Of a stretch of DNA of 32,000 bases, positions 17,178 through 25,773 are shown in pieces. The DNA comes from Pirellula staleyi DSM 6068 (GTDB lineage: Bacteria > Planctomycetota > Planctomycetia > Pirellulales > Pirellulaceae). Position numbers and translations under genes: made by a program. The stretch lies in assembly GCA_000025185.1 (NCBI GenBank), contig CP001848.1, forward strand, positions 3,030,001-3,062,000, given 5' to 3'. Numbering within the stretch: the first letter of the stretch is position 1; each line of letters opens with the position of its first letter. Below the pieces are notes generated by a model. It did not search any database. It was given only the letters and a program-made list of their open reading frames with translations, and had not been told where the DNA came from.

Positions 17178-17855
17178 ATGTCGCTTGTGCGTGTACTCGA
17201 AAACGAAGTGATGGACTCGCTGGAAGAGGCCACCACCTACGACGAGATGGATCACTCGACGGTGAACACCCGTTTTGTCGATGATTTGCTCGCCGCTGGT
17301 CTCCCGGGCAACGACGTGCTCGACCTCGGGACTGGCACCGCACGGATTCCGATGGAACTTTGTCGCCGCCACGCCGATTGCCGCGTGATGGCTGTCGACG
17401 CCGCCGGGGCGATGCTCGATCAGGCCTATTACAACATCAGCGCCGCTGAACTAACGGGCCGCATTCAACTGGCCCAGGCCGACGGTCGCAAGCTCCCCTA
17501 TGCCGACGGGCTGTTCCACGCCGTCATTTGCAACACGATCGTCCACCACATCGCCGATCCGCTCCCCGTCCTCGCCGAAGCTGTTCGGGTCACCGCCCCT
17601 GGTGGCCTGCTGATGATCCGCGATCTCACCCGCCCCGACACAGAAGAACAGCTCGCCACGCTCGTCGAGCAATACGCGGGCCAGGAAGCTCCCTATGCCA
17701 AGCAGATGTTTGGGGACTCGCTCCGGGCCGCCTTCACCCTCGCCGAAATCCGCGACATGGTCGCCTCCCTCGGCTTTCCCCCCGACACCGTCACCATGAC
17801 CAGCGACCGTCACTGGACTTGGCTCGCACGGAAGGGATCAGAGACTAGAGAATGA
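17178..17855 (+). CDS. class I SAM-dependent methyltransferase
   Basis: Motif I VLDLGTGTARIPMEL, then RVMAVDAAGAML, post-I/II elements (LPYADGLFHAVICNTIVHHI) and PGGLLMIRDL. I prefer ATG 17178 (MSLVRVLENEVMDSLEEATTYDEMDH) over the ORF-track TTG 17121. Confidence 0.85.
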   Translation: MSLVRVLENEVMDSLEEATTYDEMDHSTVNTRFVDDLLAAGLPGNDVLDLGTGTARIPMELCRRHADCRVMAVDAAGAMLDQAYYNISAAELTGRIQLAQADGRKLPYADGLFHAVICNTIVHHIADPLPVLAEAVRVTAPGGLLMIRDLTRPDTEEQLATLVEQYAGQEAPYAKQMFGDSLRAAFTLAEIRDMVASLGFPPDTVTMTSDRHWTWLARKGSETRE

Positions 17856-17894
17856 GACTAGAAATTAGCCGCTTGAGGCCGCGGGCCATTTCGG

Positions 17895-17957
17895 GGTGCC
17901 ATGCTCCTGCCCTGCCCCGGGTGCCGTGCTCCTGTCGCGTCAGCAGCAGGAGCATGC
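17895..17957. repeat. REP-like palindromic element, family A copy 1 (left-arm half copy plus full hairpin copy)
   Basis: Half copy ggtgccatgctcctgcc at 17895-17911. Full copy gggtgccgtgctcctgtcgcgtcagcagcaggagcatgc at 17919-17957 matches the 21226-21264 copy at 36/39 positions. Arms CGTGCTCCTG/CAGGAGCATG pair with one G-U. It lies 40 nt after the methyltransferase stop. Confidence 0.8.
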
Positions 17958-18195
17958 TGAAGTGCAGCCGGATGCCGCTACAGAAATTCTTCGTTGGCAC
18001 AGATTTGGTGCTCGCGTGAATCGCGGCATCTCGTAGCCCGACCGCGCATCGAGCCGAGCCCGTCGCACGACAGTCAAGTCTTCTTCTCTCGCCAACTCCA
18101 ACAATCCCGAATCTCTCACAGGAAATAGTTTGCCAAGCTGCAATTCTCTGTGCCATCATACGCAAACTTCTGGCAGTGCCAGATACCATTAAAGT

Positions 18196-18816
18196 ATGGC
18201 AAATTTACCCCTAGGTGCTTCTATGTTGCGTTGGATCACATCACTAATTCTTTCGCTTGCTGTACTCGTAACTGCCAGTGCTGCCGATGCTCAAAGCACC
18301 ACAGAGTACTACCCTCTCAAGAAGGGAAATGCCTGGACCTATAAAGCTGGCAAGGTAGTAGAGCTACAAGTGAAGGTTTCAGAAGTCGCTGAAGACGGAA
18401 CCGCCACCCTTGATACTGTCCACAATGGCATGACGGTTGCTACCGAGAAAGTGATCGTGAAGGAAGATGGTATCTATCGATCGGAACTCGCAGGAATGGA
18501 GATTAGTCCACCCGTCAAGATATTGAGTTTGAAGGACAAACAGCCCAGCGCCGATGGAACGACTTGGGAAATAATGGCTGACATCGGCACTTCCAAATTG
18601 AAGGGCACCTCCAAAAAGGGGAGCGAAAAAGTGAAAGTCCCGGCAGGCGAGTTCGACGCAGTGGTTGTTGACTTCGATGGCGAAGATGTCACGCTCGGTC
18701 TCAAAACGACGGCAAGAACATGGTATGTGCCCAAAGTCGGAGTGGTGAAAATCAGCATTAAAGTGCTCGGCAACGAGACGGTCCTCGAACTCGAAAAATT
18801 CACCCCTGGTGAATAA
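18196..18816 (+). CDS. secreted beta-rich hypothetical protein (compositional outlier)
   Basis: 206-aa ORF. Signal peptide MLRWITSLILSLAVLVTASAADAQ. An alternative start ATG 18223 is preceded by aGGTGcttct. The mature part (YYPLKKGNAWTYKAG...VPAGEFDAVVV...RTWYVPKVGVVKISI) is rich in alternating beta-strand patterns. Hand-counted GC of three 60-nt blocks is 45-52%. Confidence 0.8.
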   Translation: MANLPLGASMLRWITSLILSLAVLVTASAADAQSTTEYYPLKKGNAWTYKAGKVVELQVKVSEVAEDGTATLDTVHNGMTVATEKVIVKEDGIYRSELAGMEISPPVKILSLKDKQPSADGTTWEIMADIGTSKLKGTSKKGSEKVKVPAGEFDAVVVDFDGEDVTLGLKTTARTWYVPKVGVVKISIKVLGNETVLELEKFTPGE

Positions 18817-18872
18817 TTCCCCCGAAAGCTCAGGGGACTGAAAGCCGTCTCACGGATTCCACCGTCCTTGCC

Positions 18873-18910
18873 GAGTGCCATGCTCCTTTCGCAGCAGCAG
18901 GAGCAAGTGG
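18873..18910. repeat. REP-like palindromic element, family A copy 2 (degenerate)
   Basis: gagtgccatgctcctttcgcagcagcaggagcaagtgg. It has the same arms as copies 1 and 3, with a 3-nt shorter loop and one arm mismatch. It lies 57 nt after the stop of the secreted-protein gene. Confidence 0.7.
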
Positions 18911-18976
18911 ACGCCATGTCCCGCATTCACATTTCCCTACTCCCCCGGCTGTCGCAGTAAACACCCCTCGCAGTTG

Positions 18977-19059
18977 CCTCTCCCAACTCCCTTTCCCGCC
19001 TCATAGTCCCTAGCCTCTAGTTCCCAGCCCCTTCCCTTACTCCCTTCCCACCTCTTTCC
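18977..19059 (+). other. 83-nt polypyrimidine (C/T) tract upstream of the dehydrogenase gene
   Basis: Hand count gives 69 of 83 bases as C or T on the + strand (83%). TCCC/CTTCCC words recur. It ends 66 nt before GTG 19125. Confidence 0.7.
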
Positions 19060-19124
19060 GTAGAAACTACAATTTTGGGTTTCCTACAACTCGTTTCCCT
19101 CTCAACAGATAAGAGACTCTGCTC

Positions 19125-20195
19125 GTGGCAAGCCCTTTGAAACTCGCGGTGATTCCCGGCGACGGGACCGGTCCTGAAGTAACAGCCGAAGCCCTGAAGG
19201 TGCTCGCTGCCATCGCCAAGCTCGAAGGCTTTACCTACGAGACCACCACTTTTGACTGGGGTGGCGAACGCTATCTCAAGACAGGCGAAACACTTCCCGC
19301 TGGTGGTGCCGACGAACTTCGCAAGTTCGACGCCATCTATCTCGGCGCTGTCGGTCACCCCGATGTGAAGCCTGGCATCCTCGAAAAGGGGCTCTTGCTT
19401 GAGCTCCGCTTCCAGCTCGACCAGTACGTCAACCTTCGCCCGGTGAAGTTGTTCCCTGGCGTGGAGTGCCCGCTTGTCGGCAAAGGTCCCGAGCATATCG
19501 ACTTTGTGGTTGTTCGCGAGAACACCGAAGATATGTACGCTGGCATCGGTGGCTGGCTCAAGAAGCACACGGCCGACGAAGTTGCCACCCAGACCGCTGT
19601 TTACACCCGCAAGGGTTGCGAGCGCGTGATCCGCTGGGCCTTCGACTACACGATGAAGCGCAACAACCCCAAGGGCAAAATGCTCACGCTCGTCGCCAAG
19701 ACGAACGTCCTCACCTACGGCCACGATCTGTGGTGGCGCACCTTCCAGGATGTCGCCAAGGACTATCCCGAAGTGAAGGCCGACTACAACCACGTCGACG
19801 CCTGCTGCATGTGGATGGTGAAGAATCCCGAATACTACGACGTGATCGTCACCACCAACATGTTTGGCGACATCATCACCGACCTCGGCGCGATGATCCA
19901 AGGTGGTCTCGGCGTCGCTTCGGGGGGCAACATCAACCCTGATAAGGGTGGCGTGAGCATGTACGAACCAATGGGTGGTTCGGCTCCCAAGTACACCGGT
20001 CAGAACGTCATTAACCCAATCGCCGCCATTGCCGCCATGAGCATGCTGCTCGAACATAGCGGACAGCCCAAAGCGGGCGCTCGCGTGATGGATGCCATCC
20101 AAAAAGTGACCGGCACCAAGATGAAGAGCCAAAACGCTGGCAAAATGGGCTACGGCACCAAAGAAGTCGGCGATCTGGTGATTGCTCACCTGTAG
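19125..20195 (+). CDS. isocitrate/isopropylmalate dehydrogenase family enzyme, DmlA/TtuC-like subfamily (3-isopropylmalate / D-malate / tartrate dehydrogenase)
   Basis: 356-aa ORF with a GTG start. Motifs [74 protein letters not shown] and [23 protein letters not shown]. It is nearly co-linear with E. coli DmlA as I recall that sequence, and it may be the organism's LeuB. Confidence 0.9.
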   Translation: MASPLKLAVIPGDGTGPEVTAEALKVLAAIAKLEGFTYETTTFDWGGERYLKTGETLPAGGADELRKFDAIYLGAVGHPDVKPGILEKGLLLELRFQLDQYVNLRPVKLFPGVECPLVGKGPEHIDFVVVRENTEDMYAGIGGWLKKHTADEVATQTAVYTRKGCERVIRWAFDYTMKRNNPKGKMLTLVAKTNVLTYGHDLWWRTFQDVAKDYPEVKADYNHVDACCMWMVKNPEYYDVIVTTNMFGDIITDLGAMIQGGLGVASGGNINPDKGGVSMYEPMGGSAPKYTGQNVINPIAAIAAMSMLLEHSGQPKAGARVMDAIQKVTGTKMKSQNAGKMGYGTKEVGDLVIAHL

Positions 20196-20224
20196 TCGAG
20201 CAGCGGTTAGTGGCGACGACACCG

Positions 20225-20253
20225 CAGCCTAGGTTGCTCTTCGACCTAGGCTG
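20225..20253 (+). terminator. perfect 10-bp hairpin after the dehydrogenase gene (terminator candidate)
   Basis: CAGCCTAGGT (20225-20234), loop tgctcttcg, ACCTAGGCTG (20244-20253), starting 30 nt after the TAG stop at 20193-20195. No clear U-tract follows. Confidence 0.4.
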
Positions 20254-20289
20254 AAGGTGATCTAGGTTTGGATGGCGGGGCGAATCGCT

Positions 20290-20322
20290 GGGTGGCACTG
20301 CTGGCTTGTTCAGCAGTGTGAA
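20290..20322. repeat. REP-like palindromic element, family B copy 1 (inverted orientation)
   Basis: gggtggcactgctggcttgttcagcagtgtgaa. Its reverse complement matches the 21360-21392 copy at 32/33 positions. Arms are CACTGCTGG/TCAGCAGTG. Confidence 0.8.
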
Positions 20323-20397
20323 TCGTGAAAGCCGAGCCACCTTGTCGAGCATCCCTGAGGCCCACGTACTCGAACCTTCCTTTTGCGGAGACTCGCG

Positions 20398-21171
20398 ATG
20401 ACGGTCAGCGACTTGTTCAGCTTGAAGGGAAAGACGGCCCTCGTTACTGGCGGCAGCAAAGGGATCGGCCTCGCCGTCGCGCGGGGCTTTGCCGAAGCTG
20501 GAGCCAAAGTCGCCATCGCCTCGCGGAAAGTTGCTGATCTCGAAAAGGCCAAAGCGACCATCGGCGAAGGGCTCGATACGCAAGTCGAGTACTTCGTCAC
20601 CGACATGAACGACCGCGATCAAGTTGGCAAACTGGCCGCTGATGTGCTGGCTAAGTTCGGCCGCTGCGATGTGCTGTTCAATAACGCAGGAAACAACAAA
20701 CCGCAGAACCTCGTCGACACCACCATGGAAGTGTGGGACGAAATCCTCGAACTCAACTTCACCAGCTGCATGCTGCTGTCGAAGCATCTGGTCCCCGGGA
20801 TGATCGAGCGCAAATGGGGCCGCATCATCTACACTTCAAGTGTGATGGCTCTCGCTTCGAATCCAGGTCGCGGGCTCTATTCCGCTACCAAAGCAGCTCT
20901 TGTTGGTATGTCCCGTGCACAGGCTCTCGAGCTTGGTCCGCACGGCATCACGGTCAACTGCCTCGCGCCAGGACCGATTGCGACCGACCTGCCGATGAGT
21001 CTCTTGTCCGACGAGCAGAAGAAAGCATTTGCTTCGCGCACCGCTCTGCTTCGCTGGGGCCAAGTGGTTGATATGGTCGGCCCGGTGCTGATGCTCGCCA
21101 CCGATGCCGGCGCCTACATCACCGGCACCGTCATCTCCGCCGACGGCGGCATGCTCTGCCGCACGTTTTAG
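20398..21171 (+). CDS. SDR family NAD(P)-dependent oxidoreductase
   Basis: TGGSKGIGLAVARGFAEAGAKV (TGxxxGxG), NNAG, and catalytic YSATKAALVGM (YxxxK). I prefer ATG 20398 (MTVSDLFSLKGKTALVTGG) over the ORF-track TTG 20383. Confidence 0.9.
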   Translation: MTVSDLFSLKGKTALVTGGSKGIGLAVARGFAEAGAKVAIASRKVADLEKAKATIGEGLDTQVEYFVTDMNDRDQVGKLAADVLAKFGRCDVLFNNAGNNKPQNLVDTTMEVWDEILELNFTSCMLLSKHLVPGMIERKWGRIIYTSSVMALASNPGRGLYSATKAALVGMSRAQALELGPHGITVNCLAPGPIATDLPMSLLSDEQKKAFASRTALLRWGQVVDMVGPVLMLATDAGAYITGTVISADGGMLCRTF

Positions 21172-21225
21172 AACGCTGTTTGCAAGTTGCCTCTGGTGGT
21201 TGTCGACAACTCCTCGTCTCCTGCT

Positions 21226-21264
21226 GGGTGCCATGCTCCTGTCGCGTTAGCAGCAGGAGCATGG
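21226..21264. repeat. REP-like palindromic element, family A copy 3 (best hairpin)
   Basis: gggtgCCATGCTCCTGtcgcgttagcagCAGGAGCATGG has a perfect 11-bp stem with a 12-nt loop. It lies in the gap between two convergent genes. Confidence 0.8.
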
Positions 21265-21286
21265 AAAGTGCGACGATGGTTAAAGG

Positions 21287-21322
<36 letters not shown>

Positions 21323-21359
21323 GCAGCAGGAGAATGGGATGTGTATCGCTGTCACAAGG

Positions 21360-21392
21360 TTCACACTGCTGGACAAGCCAGCAGTGCCACCC
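21360..21392. repeat. REP-like palindromic element, family B copy 3
   Basis: ttcaCACTGCTGGacaagCCAGCAGTGccaccc has a perfect 9-bp stem and a 5-nt loop. A right-arm half copy of family A (gcagcaggagaatgg, 21323-21337) lies between B copies 2 and 3. Confidence 0.8.
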
Positions 21393-21418
21393 AAACAAAT
21401 CAATTGCAAGCTGTTGAC

Positions 21419-22765
21419 CTACAGCGTCCAGCCTTTGCGGTACTCTTTGTGCAGCAGCGGTTCGGCCTCGGCGTAGTTGGTGAACTTCATGTCAGCGGCG
21501 TTCCAGTCGAGCTTCTTTCCGGCGCGGTAGGCCACGGTGCCGAGCAATACCGCTTCGGTGAGTGCCCCGGCATACTCGAAGTTGCAAGTGGTGGTGCCAC
21601 CGTCGCGAATTGCAGTCGTCCATTCGCGGTGATGACCAATCGAGCGTGGAATCGTTTCCGCGGGAAGCTTGTACCCTTCGAACTTTTCTTCGGGGAACAA
21701 GACGTAGTCGCCGTAGTTGGCCAGCAGCATCCCGTCGCTGCCGATGAACAGCAGACCACCCGACCAATCGGCGGGCTTGGTCTTGCTGTGCGACAGCTTC
21801 TTCAGCAGTTCAGGCCGACGACCGCTGTCGTACCAAAACAGCTTCACGGCTGGCGATTCGCCACGAGCTGGATACTCGTAGGTTGCTTCGCACCAGTCCG
21901 GGCAGCTGACGCTATCGACCGGTGGTCCCTTGGCTTCGACCGAAGTCGGAGCCTTCAGGTCGAGCGCCCAGTGCGCGAGGTCCATGAAGTGACAGCCGAA
22001 GTCGCCGAGTGCTCCGTTGCCATATTCCCAGAAGCGGCGCCACTGAAACGGATGGACGTCGCTCGAGTAGGGGCGATCGGCAGCGGGGCCAAGCCACAAA
22101 TTCCAGTCGAGACCAGCAGGAGCTTCAGCTGCGGTGAATTTCGCTCCGCTGTACTGCGCACCTGCCCACACATGCACATCGCTCACTTTGCCGATGGCGC
22201 CACTTTGAATGATCTCGACCACGCGACGATAGTTGTCGCCTGCATGAATCTGATTGCCCATCTGCGTGACGAGCTTCTTTTCTTTCGCCAAGTTGTTGAG
22301 CGTGCGGGCTTCGAGCACCGTGTGCGTTAGCGGCTTTTCGCAGTAGACATGCTTGCCCAATCGCAAAGCCATCGCAGCTGCGGGGGCGTGCGTATGATCG
22401 GGCGTACCAACAAGCACGGCGTCGATTTTGGCCGCTTGTTTGTCGAGCATGTCGCGGAAATCGCGATAGCAGGTGGCTCCGCTGTGCTGATCTTTCACCT
22501 TCGCCATCAGGTTGTCGTCGACATCGGCCAGCGCGACGATTTCCTCGCCGAGTCGGGCTACTTCGCCGAGATTTGCTCCCGCGCGACCCGTCACACCGAT
22601 AGCGGCGATGCGCAGTTTTTCGCTAGCCAATCGCGAAGCGCGAGCGGGTGACTCGCTGACGTAAGCGCCGAGCGAGAGCGCGCCGAGAGCAGCGGCCGAC
22701 GTCGTGAGAAACTTTCGGCGACCAGCCAGCAGCTTCGAGCTGTGCAATGCTTGATTACTCTTCAT
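21419..22765 (-). CDS. Tat-exported Gfo/Idh/MocA family oxidoreductase (GH109-like architecture)
   Basis: 448-aa ORF. Twin-arginine signal (LLAGRRKFLTTSAAALGALSLGA). Rossmann start LRIAAIGVTGRAGANL, then DAVLVGTPDHTHA and YCEKPL motifs of the family. Confidence 0.9.
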   Translation of the reverse strand: MKSNQALHSSKLLAGRRKFLTTSAAALGALSLGAYVSESPARASRLASEKLRIAAIGVTGRAGANLGEVARLGEEIVALADVDDNLMAKVKDQHSGATCYRDFRDMLDKQAAKIDAVLVGTPDHTHAPAAAMALRLGKHVYCEKPLTHTVLEARTLNNLAKEKKLVTQMGNQIHAGDNYRRVVEIIQSGAIGKVSDVHVWAGAQYSGAKFTAAEAPAGLDWNLWLGPAADRPYSSDVHPFQWRRFWEYGNGALGDFGCHFMDLAHWALDLKAPTSVEAKGPPVDSVSCPDWCEATYEYPARGESPAVKLFWYDSGRRPELLKKLSHSKTKPADWSGGLLFIGSDGMLLANYGDYVLFPEEKFEGYKLPAETIPRSIGHHREWTTAIRDGGTTTCNFEYAGALTEAVLLGTVAYRAGKKLDWNAADMKFTNYAEAEPLLHKEYRKGWTL

Positions 22766-22839
22766 CGTTACCAGAACCTAATCAGGTGGAAAGAACAAAA
22801 CAGAATCAAAACTTGGAGAACATCGAGAGGTTTTCAGCC

Positions 22840-23859
22840 TTACTTCGATTCGACTTCAGCGAGCCGAGCGCCGGCCAATTTCGTGGCCTTTTCCATCACG
22901 CTGGCGATCGTCACCGGACCGCCACCGGTCCGTTTACTTTCGTCGGCCGCTTCCATGAAGGCATAGAGTTCGATCGTTTCTGCGGGATCGATCGGCGCTT
23001 GACCACTCCGGAAGAATTTCGCGATTTCGACCATCAAAGGACGATAGCCGGCGAACTTGCCGATCTCGCGCGAGCCTTTCGTGCCGAAAGCGAAGCCGCC
23101 ATAGCCGGCGCTTCCTTTGCGAATGCCGCGGAACGTGCCGATTCGTCCATCGCTCCACTGACCGACGGCGAGATCGAAATCGGGAGTCGAGACGCGAGTG
23201 ACTTTCTCGCAGCCAGTTCCCATGATGGTATAGAGCGTTTCACAGCCGTGGATCCCATACCAGTAGAGCTCGGGGTGTGTCTTTTCGAGCGAGCAAGGGC
23301 TGAAGGCGTCGCAGCCTGTCACTTCGCCGAGGGCTCCTGCGCGAATCTCTTGAGCGCCGGGGGCATAGCGCAGCGACGAGCTCGAGAACATCGGGCAATC
23401 GTATTTCTTAGCTGCTTCGTACAAGGCAATCACGTCGACAAGTGAACCAGCGACAGGCTTGTCGATGAAGACCGGCTTCTTGGCTTTGAAGACTGGCAGC
23501 GCTTGCTCGAGGTGAGGCCGACCATCGTTGGTTTCGAGCAAGACCGCATCGACTTCAGCGAGGAGGGCGTCGATCGAGTCGACAATCTTCACCCCTTGCT
23601 TCTGCACTTCTTCGATATATCCCGGCACGCGGCTGGTGCTCGACTCGATATCGGGGCTCCCTTTAGGGTAGGCCGCAACGATCTTGAATCCCGCGAGGTC
23701 TTCGGTTTGGTCGGGTTTGTTGAACTCCTTCGTGAACGCCGTGGCGTGCGAAGTATCGAGGCCAATAATCCCGAGACGCATCACTTTCGAGTCCTCTGCC
23801 AAGGTAGGTGAAATCAGTACAAAACCCAGAGTGATAGCGAGCAGCGTGCGAACGTACAT
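22840..23859 (-). CDS. secreted Gfo/Idh/MocA family oxidoreductase
   Basis: I place the start at ATG 23859 (MYVRTLLAITLGFVLISPTLAEDSK, signal peptide, AGGA 10 nt upstream). ATG 23886 (MPLIAGSPS...) is the alternative. Rossmann MRLGIIGLDTSHATAF, then VDAVLLETNDGRPH and FIDKPVA. The 483-aa ORF-track version (to 24291) reads through the neighbour's 3' end as Arg-rich nonsense. Confidence 0.85.
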   Translation of the reverse strand: MYVRTLLAITLGFVLISPTLAEDSKVMRLGIIGLDTSHATAFTKEFNKPDQTEDLAGFKIVAAYPKGSPDIESSTSRVPGYIEEVQKQGVKIVDSIDALLAEVDAVLLETNDGRPHLEQALPVFKAKKPVFIDKPVAGSLVDVIALYEAAKKYDCPMFSSSSLRYAPGAQEIRAGALGEVTGCDAFSPCSLEKTHPELYWYGIHGCETLYTIMGTGCEKVTRVSTPDFDLAVGQWSDGRIGTFRGIRKGSAGYGGFAFGTKGSREIGKFAGYRPLMVEIAKFFRSGQAPIDPAETIELYAFMEAADESKRTGGGPVTIASVMEKATKLAGARLAEVESK

Positions 23860-24014
23860 CGAGGGAGATCCTGCGATTAGAGGCATGTGCCTGGCGGTTA
23901 GGTGACAAGTGGAAACAGCGTCGCGAGGGAGATTGGCGAGCGGAGTGTTGGTTTGCTTGGGAGGACTACTGAGCTGGTTGGTGCAGGAGTGAGTAACACC
24001 TCCGTGAATGACAT

Positions 24015-25454
24015 TCAGCGGGCTCCAGCCGCTTGGTGAAGCGACAGCAGCATTTCGACAGCCGACTCGACCAGCAGTTCGCCACCACCCGAGGCGACGC
24101 GTGAATTGACCACTTCGTAGCTCCCTTCGACGAACGCTTTTTTCGTTGGAATGTAGGCCGGTGCATCGTTGCAAAGTTCGAGGACGAGCGTTTGCTTGAA
24201 GGGGGATTTTTCTTTGATCGCCAGCCCAAGTTCGGTGAAGACTTCGCCCGGTAGGCAGACGATAGCGACATCGCGCGAAAGGGCGATGCAATTCAGCCGC
24301 ACCGGGAGTGGTTTTCCTTGGTAGCGAGCTGCGAGATCGACGATTTTGGTCGCTTCCACTTGCTCGAGAAAACCGAGTTCTTTGGTGCCGACGAGCGCGA
24401 GCTGCGATTTGGCTTTAGCGAGTTGCTCCTCGGAGTACACTTGCACGGGAACTTCCACCACGCGCATCGAGGCGGCGAGTTGCGCTCCCATTCTGGTCTC
24501 AGTTTTTTCGAGCCCCTTGGTGACGGCGCTGGCAAGCTGCGCACCGATGCGGGCTGCTTCTTCCTGTCCCTTTTGCGGGCGGTTGTGCGACACGTCGATA
24601 TGGTTGATATCGCCGCAGCATCCGAGCCCAAAGATCGATGTGCATTGGTTGCCCAGTTTCGCCGCGATTGCGTCGTGGAGGTACTTGGGATAGTCGGCGC
24701 TGAATTCCGTTCCACCGACTGTGTCGAGATGGAGGGCAAAATTCACCAGCGACGCTGCGACCTTGTCCCCGGTCTTAAACAGCACAACGCCGACATCGGG
24801 ATCGATCGGTCCTGCGACCCGCACGATTTGCGGATTCAGCTTGCCAGGATTGAAGCGGACCGAACCATCCTGCATCACAAATCGGCGGTTGAAGGAGATG
24901 CTCGTTTCGTGCCCGGTGGCATACTCGATCGTGGTGGTCTCGAGTTTCTGGGCGGCGTCGCTGGCAACTTGCACCAGTTTCTCGACGAGGAACTTGGGGT
25001 AGTCGAGTTCGGGCTTAACTTGTTCGGCTGCAGCGGCCTGCTTGGCTTTCCACCAGTCGAGCAGTACGCCGCCGTAGAGGGGACCCGTGTGCGAATGGGT
25101 CGCGGCAATCACGATGTGCTGCTCGTCGATCGACAGCTTGTGGGCGATTTGGCTGCGCGCTTCGGTGGTCAGCTCGCGGCTGACCCCAATCAAATCGCAC
25201 ACAATCAAAACGGTGGTAAGTTCGCCTTGCTGTAGCACGAGAGCACGGGCGTAGAGCGGGTCGTGCGTGCCGGTCGACAGCCGCTCGTAGAAATAGCCGC
25301 TCATGCGGTACGGCTCGGGGGGCGTGATATCGATGACCGCTGCGCCAACTTGCAGCGGCGGGAGAATTGCCCAGCAAGGGGAGGCGAGTGCGGACGCAGC
25401 TAGAAACAGTAGCGCGAGCGCAGCCAATGAGCGGGCGCGAGGCGAGCCAAACAT
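24015..25454 (-). CDS. secreted neutral/alkaline ceramidase N-terminal-domain-like hydrolase
   Basis: 479-aa ORF with a signal peptide (SLAALALLFLAASALASPCWA). VGAAVIDITPP...MSGY...GTHDPLYARALVL...VLIVCDLIGV...IAATHSHTGP matches the pattern I associate with the ceramidase_alk-like family common in planctomycetes. Assignment is by recollection. Confidence 0.75.
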   Translation of the reverse strand: MFGSPRARSLAALALLFLAASALASPCWAILPPLQVGAAVIDITPPEPYRMSGYFYERLSTGTHDPLYARALVLQQGELTTVLIVCDLIGVSRELTTEARSQIAHKLSIDEQHIVIAATHSHTGPLYGGVLLDWWKAKQAAAAEQVKPELDYPKFLVEKLVQVASDAAQKLETTTIEYATGHETSISFNRRFVMQDGSVRFNPGKLNPQIVRVAGPIDPDVGVVLFKTGDKVAASLVNFALHLDTVGGTEFSADYPKYLHDAIAAKLGNQCTSIFGLGCCGDINHIDVSHNRPQKGQEEAARIGAQLASAVTKGLEKTETRMGAQLAASMRVVEVPVQVYSEEQLAKAKSQLALVGTKELGFLEQVEATKIVDLAARYQGKPLPVRLNCIALSRDVAIVCLPGEVFTELGLAIKEKSPFKQTLVLELCNDAPAYIPTKKAFVEGSYEVVNSRVASGGGELLVESAVEMLLSLHQAAGAR

Positions 25455-25773
25455 GCAGGATCTCCCAGGCAGGAGTGGGGAGAGTGGCGGATAAGGAAGT
25501 GGCGTTGCCTCGGTACTGTGGCGAATTAACGGAGCCGACGCAAGTCTTTTCTTTGCCAGGGGCTAGGGAAGCGCTCTGCTGGGGCAGGTGAACGCTGCTG
25601 AGGGGCTGCCCCATCGTGCGGTATTGCCACATCGCGCACGATTCCGAAAAGTCGGCAAAAACCGTTCGAATTCTCGGGATTTAGCGAGCGTCGACGGTTT
25701 GCGAACCTTGACCTTGGCGGGGGCCGTTCCTACCATGGCCTGATTACACCTCTTCCACGAAAGTAGCCAGGTT

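Noticed and set aside
17845-18189. Small ORFs across the repeat elements (17845-18189 -, 21131-21409 -, 21168-21398 -, 21180-21476 +, 21187-21417 +) with recurring peptides such as MLLLLTRQEHGT and WHCWLAQQC
   Set aside because: The shared peptides are translations of the palindromic family A and B repeats on both strands. The ORFs lie in intergenic gaps and are artefacts of repeat sequence.
19017-20222. 401-aa minus-strand ORF, longer than the 356-aa dehydrogenase gene it overlaps
   Set aside because: It is an antisense shadow ORF sharing codon boundaries with a gene that has unmistakable isopropylmalate/tartrate dehydrogenase motifs. Its sequence is a His/Val/Gly/Ala-rich mirror translation ([27 protein letters not shown]) with no recognisable motif.
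23860-24291. N-terminal 144-aa extension of the 22840-24291 ORF (483-aa version)
   Set aside because: The extension overlaps the 3' end of the ceramidase-like gene out of frame and is Arg-rich. A signal peptide begins exactly at the internal ATG 23859, or at 23886.
25664-25673. gttcgaattc, resembling a tRNA T-loop (GGTTCGAATCC)
   Set aside because: The flanking bases cannot form a T-stem (aaccg / tctcg are not complementary). No acceptor, D or anticodon arms are evident.
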